Shown here piece after piece: positions 28,592 to 37,406 of a stretch of 64,000 nucleotides of DNA (its first letter is position 1; every line of letters starts with the position of its first letter). The DNA is from Candidatus Aminicenantes bacterium (GTDB lineage: Bacteria > Acidobacteriota > Aminicenantia > Aminicenantales > Aminicenantaceae). The notes below the pieces were generated by a model, which saw only the letters and a program-made list of their open reading frames with translations, was not told the DNA's origin and made no database searches. The DNA lies in assembly GCA_030603565.1 (NCBI GenBank), contig JAUVXM010000002.1, positions 2,151 through 66,150 on the forward strand. Direction: 5' to 3'. Both the position numbers and the translations under genes were made by a program.

Positions 28592-30370
28592 ATGCATGAT
28601 ACACTGCCTGAGATATTGCTGCATTCCCTCAAATCATACCAGAAAGATACCCTGATGCTGTATAAACAGGGATCAGACTATGTTCCTCTTTCCAGCCGGG
28701 ATTTTGCCAACCGGATCAAACGGCTCTCTCTGGCCTTACAGGATATGGGAGTGCAACCGGGAGACAAGATCATTCTGCTGGCAGAAAACGGACCCCAATG
28801 GATTATGACAGATCTAGCCATTCTGTGTATAGGCGGAGTAACAGTGCCGGTCTACACGACCTTAATCCCTGAACATATTAAATATATTATCAATGACTCC
28901 GATGCCCAAATTGTATTCTGTTCCAATCAGGCTCTGTGGGATAAAGTCAAGGAAGTTCGGCCCGACTTGAATAAAGTAAAGCATTACGTTACTTTTCATA
29001 AAAATGATGACTCAGGGATTTTTTCCCTATCCCAACTCCTGGAACGGGGAAAAGAAATAGAAGATAACCATCCCGACCGGTTCGAAAAAACCGCCTTGCA
29101 GGTTCGGCCTGCAGATCTGGCTTCGATCATTTATACTTCAGGAACAACCGGCACGCCAAAAGGAGTTATCCTCACTCACAGCAATTTCACCAGCAATGTA
29201 AAAGCTGCAAGCGGCCTGCTCGATCTCAGGGAAACGGATACTGTGTTTTCATTCCTGCCCTTATCCCATGTTTTCGAACGCACGGTTACTTTCGGCTATT
29301 TATATAACGGCTGTACCATTGGTTATGCCGGGAGCATGGAGACAATAGCGGATGACATTTATAGAATTAAACCGCATGCCTTTGCCAGTGTTCCCAGATT
29401 TTTCGAAAAGATATATGCCAAAATCATGGATGGCATTTTAACGGGATCTGCTCTAAAAAGAAAAATCTTTTATGGGGCGATCAAAACCGGTAAAACTTAC
29501 AGCCGAAAAAAACTGACCAATCGACCCATCTCCCTGTTTCTGCGGACCAAACGGCTTATTGCCAACAGATTAGTGTTTTCCAAGATAACCGACCGGATCG
29601 GAGGAAGGGTCAGATTTTGTGTTTCAGCCGCTGCTCCCTTGGCTAAAGATATTGCGGAATTTTTTCACGCTGTTGGTTTGGTTATTCTGGAAGGCTACGG
29701 TTTGACAGAGACTTCCCCCTGCAACACTATGAACACCATGAAAAGCCTAAAATTCGGCACAGTGGGTAAACCCATCCCGGGAGTTAAAATACGGATTGCT
29801 GAAGACGGCGAGATTTTGACACAAGGGCCTAACGTAATGAAAGGGTATTATAAAAATTTAGACTGGACCCATGATGTTCTGAAAAACAATTGGTTTCACA
29901 CCGGAGATATAGGCTTTTTCGATTCGGACGGATTCCTGGTTATTACAGACCGCAAAAAGGACATCATCATCACCTCAGGGGGAAAGAATACAGCCCCCCA
30001 GCCTACAGAAAACATGCTGCGCATGAGCCCTTACATATCCAATGCTGTTGTTATCGGGGACCGGAGAAAATTTTTATCCGCTTTGATCGTGCCCGATTTT
30101 GACAAAATCAAAAAATATGCCCGCAGCAACAATATCTCTTATACCGGTCTTAAGGACCTGGTAAAAAATTCCCGGATCGTCAAGTTTATAGAAACAGAAC
30201 TGGAAAAATACACTTCCAAGTTGTCCGCTTTTGAAAAAATAAAAAAACTGGCGCTCCTGGACCGAGATTTCGAAATAGGAAAAAATGAGATCACTCCGAC
30301 TCTGAAGATCAAAAGGAAAATAATCACCCGGAAATACAGCACCTTGATAGAATCGCTTTACGCCGAATAG
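28592..30370 (+). CDS. fadD: Long-chain fatty acid-CoA ligase
   Basis: YTSGTTGTPKGV, EGYGLTET, TGDIG, DRKKD, TPTLK. Confidence 0.92.
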   Translation: MHDTLPEILLHSLKSYQKDTLMLYKQGSDYVPLSSRDFANRIKRLSLALQDMGVQPGDKIILLAENGPQWIMTDLAILCIGGVTVPVYTTLIPEHIKYIINDSDAQIVFCSNQALWDKVKEVRPDLNKVKHYVTFHKNDDSGIFSLSQLLERGKEIEDNHPDRFEKTALQVRPADLASIIYTSGTTGTPKGVILTHSNFTSNVKAASGLLDLRETDTVFSFLPLSHVFERTVTFGYLYNGCTIGYAGSMETIADDIYRIKPHAFASVPRFFEKIYAKIMDGILTGSALKRKIFYGAIKTGKTYSRKKLTNRPISLFLRTKRLIANRLVFSKITDRIGGRVRFCVSAAAPLAKDIAEFFHAVGLVILEGYGLTETSPCNTMNTMKSLKFGTVGKPIPGVKIRIAEDGEILTQGPNVMKGYYKNLDWTHDVLKNNWFHTGDIGFFDSDGFLVITDRKKDIIITSGGKNTAPQPTENMLRMSPYISNAVVIGDRRKFLSALIVPDFDKIKKYARSNNISYTGLKDLVKNSRIVKFIETELEKYTSKLSAFEKIKKLALLDRDFEIGKNEITPTLKIKRKIITRKYSTLIESLYAE

Positions 30371-30380
30371 AGGAAGCGTA

Positions 30381-32249
30381 TTATTTCTTCTTTTCGCTTT
30401 TTAACTTAAAAACAACCGTCACTGTAAAAATCACACCTCTCGGCTTACCGTCGATCAAAAACGGTTCATAAACCCACTGCATGACAGCATCAATGGCGGC
30501 TTGGTCAAGTTCAGGGATGGATCGCAGGATTTTTGTTTCTTGCACCCGGCCATATATGCCTGTTGTCGCTTCAAGGATGACGACACCCTCAATGCCCTCT
30601 TTTCTGGCCTCTTCAGGATAGATCGGATCAACTCCTTCTATCCGCTTTGGCGGTTTGATGTCCCCAGTAGCCCTGACAGGACCACCGGCTCTTGCTTCTG
30701 CTTCACCTACGACACCGCCGATTACACCGCCCACGACTCCTCCTTCTACTCCTGGCGCTTTAATCTGCTTCTTCTTTTCACTTTTTAACATAAACCGAAC
30801 CGTCACTGTAAAAATCACACCTCTCGGCTTACCATCGATTATAAACGGTTCATAGACCCACTGCATGACAGCATCAATGGCGGCCTGATCAAGTTCAGGG
30901 ATGGATCGCAGGATTTTTGTTTCTTGCACCCGGCCATATATGTCTGTTGTTGCTTCAAGGATGACGACACCTTCAATCCTCTCTTTTCTGGCCTCTTCGG
31001 GATAGATCGGATCAATTCTTCTTATCAGCTTTGGCGGTTTGATGTCACCAGTCGCTCTGACAGGTGCACTTTCCTCCTCTTTCTGTTTTTCCTTTTCCTG
31101 GAGAACATTATGACCAGTAATTTCATTGGAAGCAACTATTTCGGGCAGCACTTTGTTATCAACGGCTGCAAAGGTCAGTCGGTAGCCTGCCATCATGCCA
31201 ATTAAAAGAAGTGATACAAAAAGAATCACTCCCACAGTCGATTTTTTTAATTGAGTTTCCATATTTCTCTCCTTGGATAAAATGTTTTTTATTCTTTCTG
31301 TCAAAGGAATATGCGGAGAAACAATAGCAGCGGGAACCAGAAAATGGATGGAAAGGGATGTTTTTTCCGCTAAGTTGACCAAACACTCTGCATATTCTCT
31401 TTTGTCGTTTTTTAAGAGGACATGATTATCTGATATTTCCTCTCTTGCTCTGGAGAAATCAGCACTTAAAGTATAGGCCAGAGGATTCCACCAATTTAGA
31501 ATTAGAAAAATCCTCTGCAAAACTACTGTAATCTGATCTCGATGAAAAATATGGGACATTTCATGGAGCAGAACAACTCTCAATTCTTTATCTCGCATTT
31601 TTTCTATTAAACCACGCGGGACAAGTATGAGTGGTTTGAAGAATCCCAATACTATTGGGCTGCTGACCTCTGAAGACTCAAATATCTTTATTTTCATAGA
31701 TTTCTGAAAGGCCAGCTCAGCTTCTTCTAAGACCTGAGAAATTCTATAGTTTTTGACTTCAACAATACCTTTTTTCAAATTCTTAAGAGAAGAAACCCCG
31801 TATACAAAACGGAACAAAAGGAGCACTACTCCCAATCCCCAGAGGACACCAAAAAAATTAAGGGCTTTTATCACAAATGGTCCTGATCCAAATATTTTCT
31901 TGAATGTTTTTGATATGAGATTAGATGATATAATTGTATTTTCGTTAATAGCTTCGTCCGTTCCTGAAGCAGTGTTCAAGCTATTTCCATCCACAAGAAT
32001 GGGAGAAGAATCAAGCTCAAAAGGGAGTATGGTTTGAATAGGCTTTAATCCCAGTAAAGAAGAGGAAATTGTCAGGATAGGAAGAAATAAAAGGACCAGC
32101 ATGATCATGAATACAATACCACTCCTCAGGGGAGCGGCCTTATGTTTTAAAAACTGTATGAACACCCAACCGATCCCTAAAATGATTAAGGAGGGGAGAG
32201 CTATATTCAGGATCCCTTCGGCTGTTGATATGTCTTGCAGTATTTTCAT
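30381..32249 (-). CDS. BlaR1-type M56 peptidase fused to two tandem TonB C-terminal domains
   Basis: HEMSH, WWNPL, REEISD; two copies of PIYPEEARKE.IEGVVILEA..LDQAAIDAVMQWVYEP. Confidence 0.9.
   Translation of the reverse strand: MKILQDISTAEGILNIALPSLIILGIGWVFIQFLKHKAAPLRSGIVFMIMLVLLFLPILTISSSLLGLKPIQTILPFELDSSPILVDGNSLNTASGTDEAINENTIISSNLISKTFKKIFGSGPFVIKALNFFGVLWGLGVVLLLFRFVYGVSSLKNLKKGIVEVKNYRISQVLEEAELAFQKSMKIKIFESSEVSSPIVLGFFKPLILVPRGLIEKMRDKELRVVLLHEMSHIFHRDQITVVLQRIFLILNWWNPLAYTLSADFSRAREEISDNHVLLKNDKREYAECLVNLAEKTSLSIHFLVPAAIVSPHIPLTERIKNILSKERNMETQLKKSTVGVILFVSLLLIGMMAGYRLTFAAVDNKVLPEIVASNEITGHNVLQEKEKQKEEESAPVRATGDIKPPKLIRRIDPIYPEEARKERIEGVVILEATTDIYGRVQETKILRSIPELDQAAIDAVMQWVYEPFIIDGKPRGVIFTVTVRFMLKSEKKKQIKAPGVEGGVVGGVIGGVVGEAEARAGGPVRATGDIKPPKRIEGVDPIYPEEARKEGIEGVVILEATTGIYGRVQETKILRSIPELDQAAIDAVMQWVYEPFLIDGKPRGVIFTVTVVFKLKSEKKK
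30388..31065. repeat. Intragenic duplication (~290 bp, offset 384 bp) of the TonB_C coding unit
   Basis: Near-identical DNA at ~30388-30681 and ~30772-31065; boundaries approximate. Confidence 0.9.
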
Positions 32250-32641
32250 GACCCTGCCTCCTCGGTTTTTTTAAGGAGTTCACGTAGTTTGAGGATGTCC
32301 TCCGGAGAAACTTCCGAGGTTTCGAGCATGCACTTTACAAGCTCAGCCCTTGATCCTCCAAATACTCGATTGATGGTGTCATTCAAGATCTCCTTACGAG
32401 TTTTCTGTTCTTCTACAAGCGCAGAGTAGAAAAACGTCCGCCCTATTATTTTGTGTTTTAACCATCCATAGTCCTCAAGCCGGTTCATTTGAACCTGAAT
32501 GGTTGTCCGCCGCAATTTATCAACTCTTTTTGCATTTATCGCGTCAAATATGTCATTGACACTGACTTCACCCTTTGCCCAGACTATATTCATAATTTCG
32601 AGATTGGATGGAGAAAGCTTACGTACTCTTTTTTTTGCCAT
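32246..32641 (-). CDS. BlaI/MecI/CopY family repressor
   Basis: LSPSNLEIMNIVW, TTIQVQMNRL..GWL, GRTFFYSA, FGGS; start reassigned to ATG 32641 after GGAGG. Confidence 0.92.
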   Translation of the reverse strand: MAKKRVRKLSPSNLEIMNIVWAKGEVSVNDIFDAINAKRVDKLRRTTIQVQMNRLEDYGWLKHKIIGRTFFYSALVEEQKTRKEILNDTINRVFGGSRAELVKCMLETSEVSPEDILKLRELLKKTEEAGS

Positions 32642-32660
32642 TGTTTGGCCTCCTGCCTTA

Positions 32661-32705
32661 AACGACATCTGTCGTTAATATAAACGACTATTGTCGTTTT
32701 GTCAA
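32661..32705 (-). promoter_or_regulatory. Sigma70 promoter overlapped by two BlaI-type operators
   Basis: TTGACA(32705-32700)-17-TATATT(32682-32677); palindromes AACGAC-N4-GTCGTT at 32661-32676 and 32683-32698. Confidence 0.85.
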
Positions 32706-32754
32706 GTGCTTCTAATCTTTTTTTTTATGACAACTGACACATAAAACAGTTATA

Positions 32755-32994
32755 ATGCCGGCTAAAGAAGGATTTGAGTTCAATTTAGGCGAAAAATATA
32801 TTTTATTCCTCGGTCTTAACAGGAATGACCTGGATAAGGCATCAAGTACTGTAATACGGGTGCCTGAAGTGAGGATATCAACTAAAGGCTACCTACCCGG
32901 TAAAAAATACGTACCCAGAGACGTGTTTGATATTATTTATACGGACAAGTTTATTCTGCAGGAAGAACAGTTTCAAAAAAATGAACCGACCTAG
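32755..32994 (+). CDS. Hypothetical 79-aa ORF, possible gene fragment
   Basis: ORF track only; no RBS or motif recognised. Confidence 0.3.
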   Translation: MPAKEGFEFNLGEKYILFLGLNRNDLDKASSTVIRVPEVRISTKGYLPGKKYVPRDVFDIIYTDKFILQEEQFQKNEPT

Positions 32995-33075
32995 TCAAAT
33001 AAAGGGTAAAAATTTAGAGAAAACCGTAAGTTTAAAAAATATGAAATCCTATCTGTAAATACCTATCTGCAAAGG

Positions 33076-33125
33076 TTGACACACAATTAGAAAAAACATA
33101 TTATATACACATACTGTTACACATA
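33076..33125 (+). promoter_or_regulatory. TA promoter with direct-repeat operators
   Basis: TTGACA-17-TATTAT; TACACATA at 33106 and 33118. Confidence 0.7.
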
Positions 33126-33138
33126 TATAGGAGGGGCA

Positions 33139-33450
33139 ATGAAAAGGACAAATATTATGCTAAGTGAAGACCAGCACAGAAAATTAAAGCTCTATTCTAA
33201 AAAAGAAGGCAGGACACTTGGGGGATTGATAAGAGATGCCCTTGATGTTGTTTATAAAAAAAAGGATGTGCTCGAACAGAGAAAGCAGGTTGCTATCAGC
33301 GCTTATGAGGAAGGATTCATCAGCCTGGGAAAACTTGCCGAAGTATTGGGTCTTGACCCGGTCAGCACGAGAAATTACTTAAAGGAGCATGGTAGACCAA
33401 TCTATTCCCTGGATCTGCAGGAATTGAAAGAAGACGCAGAAAATGCCTGA
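33139..33450 (+). CDS. Antitoxin: RHH/CopG + UPF0175 domain
   Basis: MKRTNIML..LIRDALD (RHH); YEEGFISLGKLAEVLG (UPF0175). Confidence 0.85.
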   Translation: MKRTNIMLSEDQHRKLKLYSKKEGRTLGGLIRDALDVVYKKKDVLEQRKQVAISAYEEGFISLGKLAEVLGLDPVSTRNYLKEHGRPIYSLDLQELKEDAENA

Positions 33451-33937
33451 GATCATATTAGACTGCTGCTGCCTTTCCAATTTTGCCCTTTCCAATTCCC
33501 TGTTCATCCTTAAAAAGCTTTACAGCAACTCTGCTTTCGTCACAGAGTTTGTTTCTGCAGAAATCTTAAGAGGAGTTCATAGGGGACACAAAGATTTGAC
33601 GAAGATCCAGGATTCTTTGAGGGAAGGATGGCTCAAGGAGGTTGTCTTGAGCCCTAAAAAAGAAAAATCCCTTTATGAAACGCTTTCCGTCTCTCTCGGT
33701 CTTGGCGAGGCCTCTAGCATTGCTGTCGCAAAAGCCAGAGGATTTTTTTTTGCATGTGATGATAGAGCAGCACGGAGAGAGGCCGGGCTGTTGGGTGTAA
33801 AACTCTCAGGAACGCTCGGCATCCTTAAAAAATCCATCCGCGATAAAACAATCAAGCTTAAGGAAGGAAACCTCATTCTGACCGAGATGATAGCAAAAGG
33901 ATTTTATTCATCTGTGAATTCTCTAAAAGAAATTTAA
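33443..33937 (+). CDS. PIN-domain toxin (DUF3368-like)
   Basis: IILD, LGLGEASSI, CDDRAARR, GTLGIL, GFY. Confidence 0.88.
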   Translation: MPEIILDCCCLSNFALSNSLFILKKLYSNSAFVTEFVSAEILRGVHRGHKDLTKIQDSLREGWLKEVVLSPKKEKSLYETLSVSLGLGEASSIAVAKARGFFFACDDRAARREAGLLGVKLSGTLGILKKSIRDKTIKLKEGNLILTEMIAKGFYSSVNSLKEI

Positions 33938-33946
33938 GCATGTACT

Positions 33947-34195
33947 TCAGAGCCCAGCCCAGAAAAGCAGCCTGGTCAGAAAATAGGTGATCACTGCTAC
34001 CGTAAAAAGGGAAGCAAGCGTGGGTATATATTTTTGCTTTTCCAGGTTATTTGCCAGAAGACCGGGAATTACCCAGCCTATAGCTTTTAGCTCAAAAGGG
34101 AATCTTTCATAAATATTAGCTTGTTTGGATTTATAAATGAAACTGCTTAAGGCTAAAACAATTACAATCAATAACGCTATTATATAATTTTTCAA
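33947..34195 (-). pseudogene. Chimeric ORF: unrelated 33-aa N-terminus fused to the last 49 codons of pgsC
   Basis: 33945-34098 repeats 35698-35851 with 6 mismatches; the encoded protein tail is identical. Confidence 0.8.
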
Positions 34196-35274
34196 TTGAC
34201 AATTTTATATTTTAAAATCTCATATTCATCCAAATAATTACTTTCATTTAGCCGTCTGGATAGGATATAGAGGTGGTGATTTTCTTTATGGTAGAAATAT
34301 GAAGGACCCCGCATGGAAAAATCAACCGCATCCGGAAGCTTTACCTCGCTCAATAATTTACCCTCAAGACTATACAATTGTAAAAGAGCTTTCCAAAGCG
34401 AAGAAGCTTTATCATAGTTATTATAGAGTAGACCTATGAATTCATTATCTGCAAAAACTCCTCTTACCCAGGACATCTTTTGCTTTTCTTTTCTTTCTTT
34501 AATCGATTTTCTTTCGTTACGGGCTTGAAGAATTCCTTTTGTTACCTTAGGCCTCGTGTAATTTTTTGTTTCTTGACCAAAAAATTTCACTTTTTTTGTA
34601 TTCAGATTCATTTGAATGATTCTTAATCGGCCCTCCCATACATGATAAATATAATCGTTATATATGTAAAAAAAAGATTCTGTTCCAATTGGGGAAATTT
34701 CTCTGTATTTTCTATCGAATCCATTTGCTGATTTAAATCCATATTTTAAATATATAGGAAGAAGATAATGAATCTCTTTGTTCTCAAAATCTTTATAATA
34801 GAGGGAATATTTTTTTCCCGATCGATCTACTTTATATCCACCAATTAATACATTTTTTTTAAATAATCGTACATCTGACATACATCCTAAACATAAAATT
34901 TCATTTATTCTTACAAACTTAGTTTTTTCAATCCTTTTATATATATAAATTTTGCTTGTCATAGCATCTAGGTGTATATAGTAGGGATTTTGATAATCAC
35001 AATAAAAAGGGCTAAGGAATTCATCAGGGCCACGTCCTCTTCTTCCCCATACTTTAATTAAATCACCGTGGATATTATATAATTTTATATTTCCTTCTTT
35101 TGAATCAGGAATTATTAGCATTTCATCTTCTGTTACAGAAAAACATACTATATTCATTAGAATTACTTTTTTTTGCAGCAAGGTGGAGCTCTTGATAAGT
35201 TTAACTTCTATTCCAAACAATCCATTGGCTATAATAAACAGGAAAAATAATGGCAACCAAATATTTTTTTTCAA
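34192..35274 (-). CDS. Secreted 6-bladed beta-propeller-like protein
   Basis: Signal peptide; WGRRGRGPDEF motif; low GC; C-terminal ILKYKI. Confidence 0.7.
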   Translation of the reverse strand: MKKNIWLPLFFLFIIANGLFGIEVKLIKSSTLLQKKVILMNIVCFSVTEDEMLIIPDSKEGNIKLYNIHGDLIKVWGRRGRGPDEFLSPFYCDYQNPYYIHLDAMTSKIYIYKRIEKTKFVRINEILCLGCMSDVRLFKKNVLIGGYKVDRSGKKYSLYYKDFENKEIHYLLPIYLKYGFKSANGFDRKYREISPIGTESFFYIYNDYIYHVWEGRLRIIQMNLNTKKVKFFGQETKNYTRPKVTKGILQARNERKSIKERKEKQKMSWVRGVFADNEFIGLLYNNYDKASSLWKALLQLYSLEGKLLSEVKLPDAVDFSMRGPSYFYHKENHHLYILSRRLNESNYLDEYEILKYKIVN

Positions 35275-35287
35275 TCAATTTCTCCAA

Positions 35288-35327
35288 GAATTGAGGGGGC
35301 AGTTCTTTGGAACTACCCCCTTAATTC
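35288..35327. other. 18-bp stem hairpin upstream of the propeller gene RBS
   Basis: GAATTGAGGGGGCAGTTC-TTTG-GAACTACCCCCTTAATTC. Confidence 0.7.
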
Positions 35328-35663
35328 CCCAATAAATATTCAGGTTTTAAACTGTTTAGATAATCCTAATTCTCGAATACAATACAGCAATCGCTACCCC
35401 TTTTTTTGTATAATAAATTTATTTTTCGCAGAATTTGAAAAATCCCTTTTACATAAAGTTTAGTCGTAGAAATAAGCATATATTGGAATTTTTTTTAATT
35501 ATGAAAATCATTATGTTATTTATAAAATATTTGCTTTTATGCTGTTGATAGCAGGTGCGGTGATGCTCATTCCGGTTTCGTCGAAAAAATTTAGCGAAGG
35601 AAAAGTATTTCGGAATAATAAATTTAAAATCAAAGGGTGAAAGTAGTATATCAATTAAGATCT

Positions 35664-35685
35664 CCTGAATTATTCACGAGTCGAG
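35664..35685. repeat. Isolated B terminus of the MITE family
   Basis: CCTGAATTATTCACGAGTCGAG, ~15 nt from the pgsC stop. Confidence 0.6.
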
Positions 35686-35699
35686 GATGCCGCTACCCT

Positions 35700-36140
35700 T
35701 CAGAGCCCGGCCCAGAAAAGCAGCCGGGTCAGAAAATAGGTAATCACTGCTACTGTAAAAAGGGAAGCAAGCGTGGGTATATATTTTTGTTTTTCCAGAT
35801 TATTTGCCAGAAGACCGGGAATTACCCAGCCTATAGCTTTTAGCTCAAAAGAGGCAGGAAAAATATGAGGAAGCACTAAAAACCACAGCTGCGTCCATAA
35901 TGCCCCCAAAAGCACAAGCATTACAAAACGCCTTTTTCCAAACAGAATAAGATAGCGGGATAAGAATTTATAACAATAAAGGCTCACAAAAGCGATCAGA
36001 ACCGTTGCCAGCGCTCTTAACGGTTGGTCAAGGTAAAGGGCGATATAGGCAGGCACAATAATCCCGCCGGGATATATATCCATAATCTCAATATAAAGAA
36101 CTGCAACCACAAGGCCGATAAAAAATGTTTCATACTGCAT
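35700..36140 (-). CDS. pgsC: Poly-gamma-glutamate biosynthesis protein PgsC/CapC
   Basis: Start reassigned to ATG 36140 (MQYETFFIG); PGGIIVPAYIAL, LFGKRRF, IGWVIPGLLAN. Confidence 0.92.
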   Translation of the reverse strand: MQYETFFIGLVVAVLYIEIMDIYPGGIIVPAYIALYLDQPLRALATVLIAFVSLYCYKFLSRYLILFGKRRFVMLVLLGALWTQLWFLVLPHIFPASFELKAIGWVIPGLLANNLEKQKYIPTLASLFTVAVITYFLTRLLFWAGL

Positions 36141-37290
36141 AATACTCACCTGCCTTCTGCCAATACTTGACAAGCTCCTCCCCTGCTCCTCCCATATTTC
36201 CCATCCCGATAACAACCGCTTCATCCCGGCTTATTTCTAAAAGAGAGTCCATTATCTTTTCCGCCTTTTTTTCCTTTAACACGGAAAGCTTGCTCCTGCA
36301 GGGGAATTTTCTTAATTTTCGTTTAAAAGACAGCGCATGTTCCCCGGAAAGGACCAACCTGTCAAATTCCGGAAAATCTCCCCGTTTTACAGCTTTCAGC
36401 CACTGAAGAGTCCTGCCGCCCCGGTCTCCACGCAGATTCAAGAGGCCGATAAATTTTTTCCCTGCCAAGGATTTTACTTTGTTAATCTTCTCCAGAACCT
36501 GTCTGGTAGAAATGGGGTCATTGGCAGCAAAAGCACTCAGAAAATGCCAAATACTTCCCCCCTCACCCATCGGGATTTTCCAGGCTTTAAGGCAGCCAAA
36601 ATCGGGCTGAACGCTTGCAATCCCCTTTTTTACCTGGCTGCGGTCAATCCCAAGATGGTCAGAAACCGCTAAGCAAAGCCTGATATTCTGTTCAAATTTA
36701 TTAGCGGTCGAGGATAATTTGTAAAGCGGGAAATCATTAAAAATCTCCTGGGAAACAGAGATCACTTTTGACCCGGCTTTCCGCGCCTTCTCCTGAAATA
36801 CCGGATACATCTCTTCTGTGGGAATAAATACTGTACTTCCCCCAGGAACTGCCGCAGAAAAACAGGCCGCAGCTTCTTCTTTTGTTGTCCCCCAATGTTC
36901 GATATGATCGACCCTGACATTGGTAATGATCAATATATGGGGCCTTAATATCCGGCCTGATTCAACCAGCATAGACTCGGGTTGAATACTCATCATTTCT
37001 GACACAAGTACCTGCACATTCAGATCCTCTCCAATTTTCAGGAGATTTTTCTGCTCCAAAATGGAGGGAGGGCTGCGGCGGATGATCTCTTTTTCCTTTC
37101 CGTCGGGAAAAATTATAACCGGCTTTGAACCTGTAGTTTTTGCTAAAACAGAAAATCCAGCCTGGTTAAGTATAGAGGCAATCAACCTGGTAACACTCGA
37201 TTTTCCCCGGGCTCCGGTGATACATATCCGCAAAGGGATATAGCGATATTTTTTCTTTATCCTGATGCGTTCGCTCAACAGGTAAGCCAC
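36130..37290 (-). CDS. pgsB: Poly-gamma-glutamate synthase PgsB/CapB
   Basis: GARGKSSVTRLI, AKTTG, EQ..EMM, TNVRVDH, FAANDP, N.R.DR..RT, GMGN; true start may be ATT 37332. Confidence 0.93.
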   Translation of the reverse strand: MAYLLSERIRIKKKYRYIPLRICITGARGKSSVTRLIASILNQAGFSVLAKTTGSKPVIIFPDGKEKEIIRRSPPSILEQKNLLKIGEDLNVQVLVSEMMSIQPESMLVESGRILRPHILIITNVRVDHIEHWGTTKEEAAACFSAAVPGGSTVFIPTEEMYPVFQEKARKAGSKVISVSQEIFNDFPLYKLSSTANKFEQNIRLCLAVSDHLGIDRSQVKKGIASVQPDFGCLKAWKIPMGEGGSIWHFLSAFAANDPISTRQVLEKINKVKSLAGKKFIGLLNLRGDRGGRTLQWLKAVKRGDFPEFDRLVLSGEHALSFKRKLRKFPCRSKLSVLKEKKAEKIMDSLLEISRDEAVVIGMGNMGGAGEELVKYWQKAGEYYAV

Positions 37291-37353
37291 AAGAAAGGCA
37301 AGGCTTCCGGCTGTGGCAATAAGTCCGTTAATTAGAAACTCCGTTTTTCGATA

Positions 37354-37386
37354 GGGACAGTCCCTCTCCTTAAAAAGGACTATCCC
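37354..37386. repeat. GGGACAGTCC hairpin (terminator- or REP-like)
   Basis: GGGACAGTCC...GGACTATCCC inverted repeat between the M28 gene and pgsB. Confidence 0.45.
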
Positions 37387-37406
37387 GGTCGTTTATAGTC
37401 TTAAAG

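Noticed and set aside
27334-32641. Functional bla/blaR1/blaI resistance locus
   Set aside because: The enzyme lacks Glu166, the M56 protein has TonB_C instead of a penicillin-binding sensor, and no operator copy was seen upstream of the lactamase-like gene.
30388-35851. TonB_C repeat or pgsC repeat as a DGR template/variable pair
   Set aside because: Mismatches are not adenine-specific (the pgsC ones are all synonymous) and there is no reverse transcriptase.
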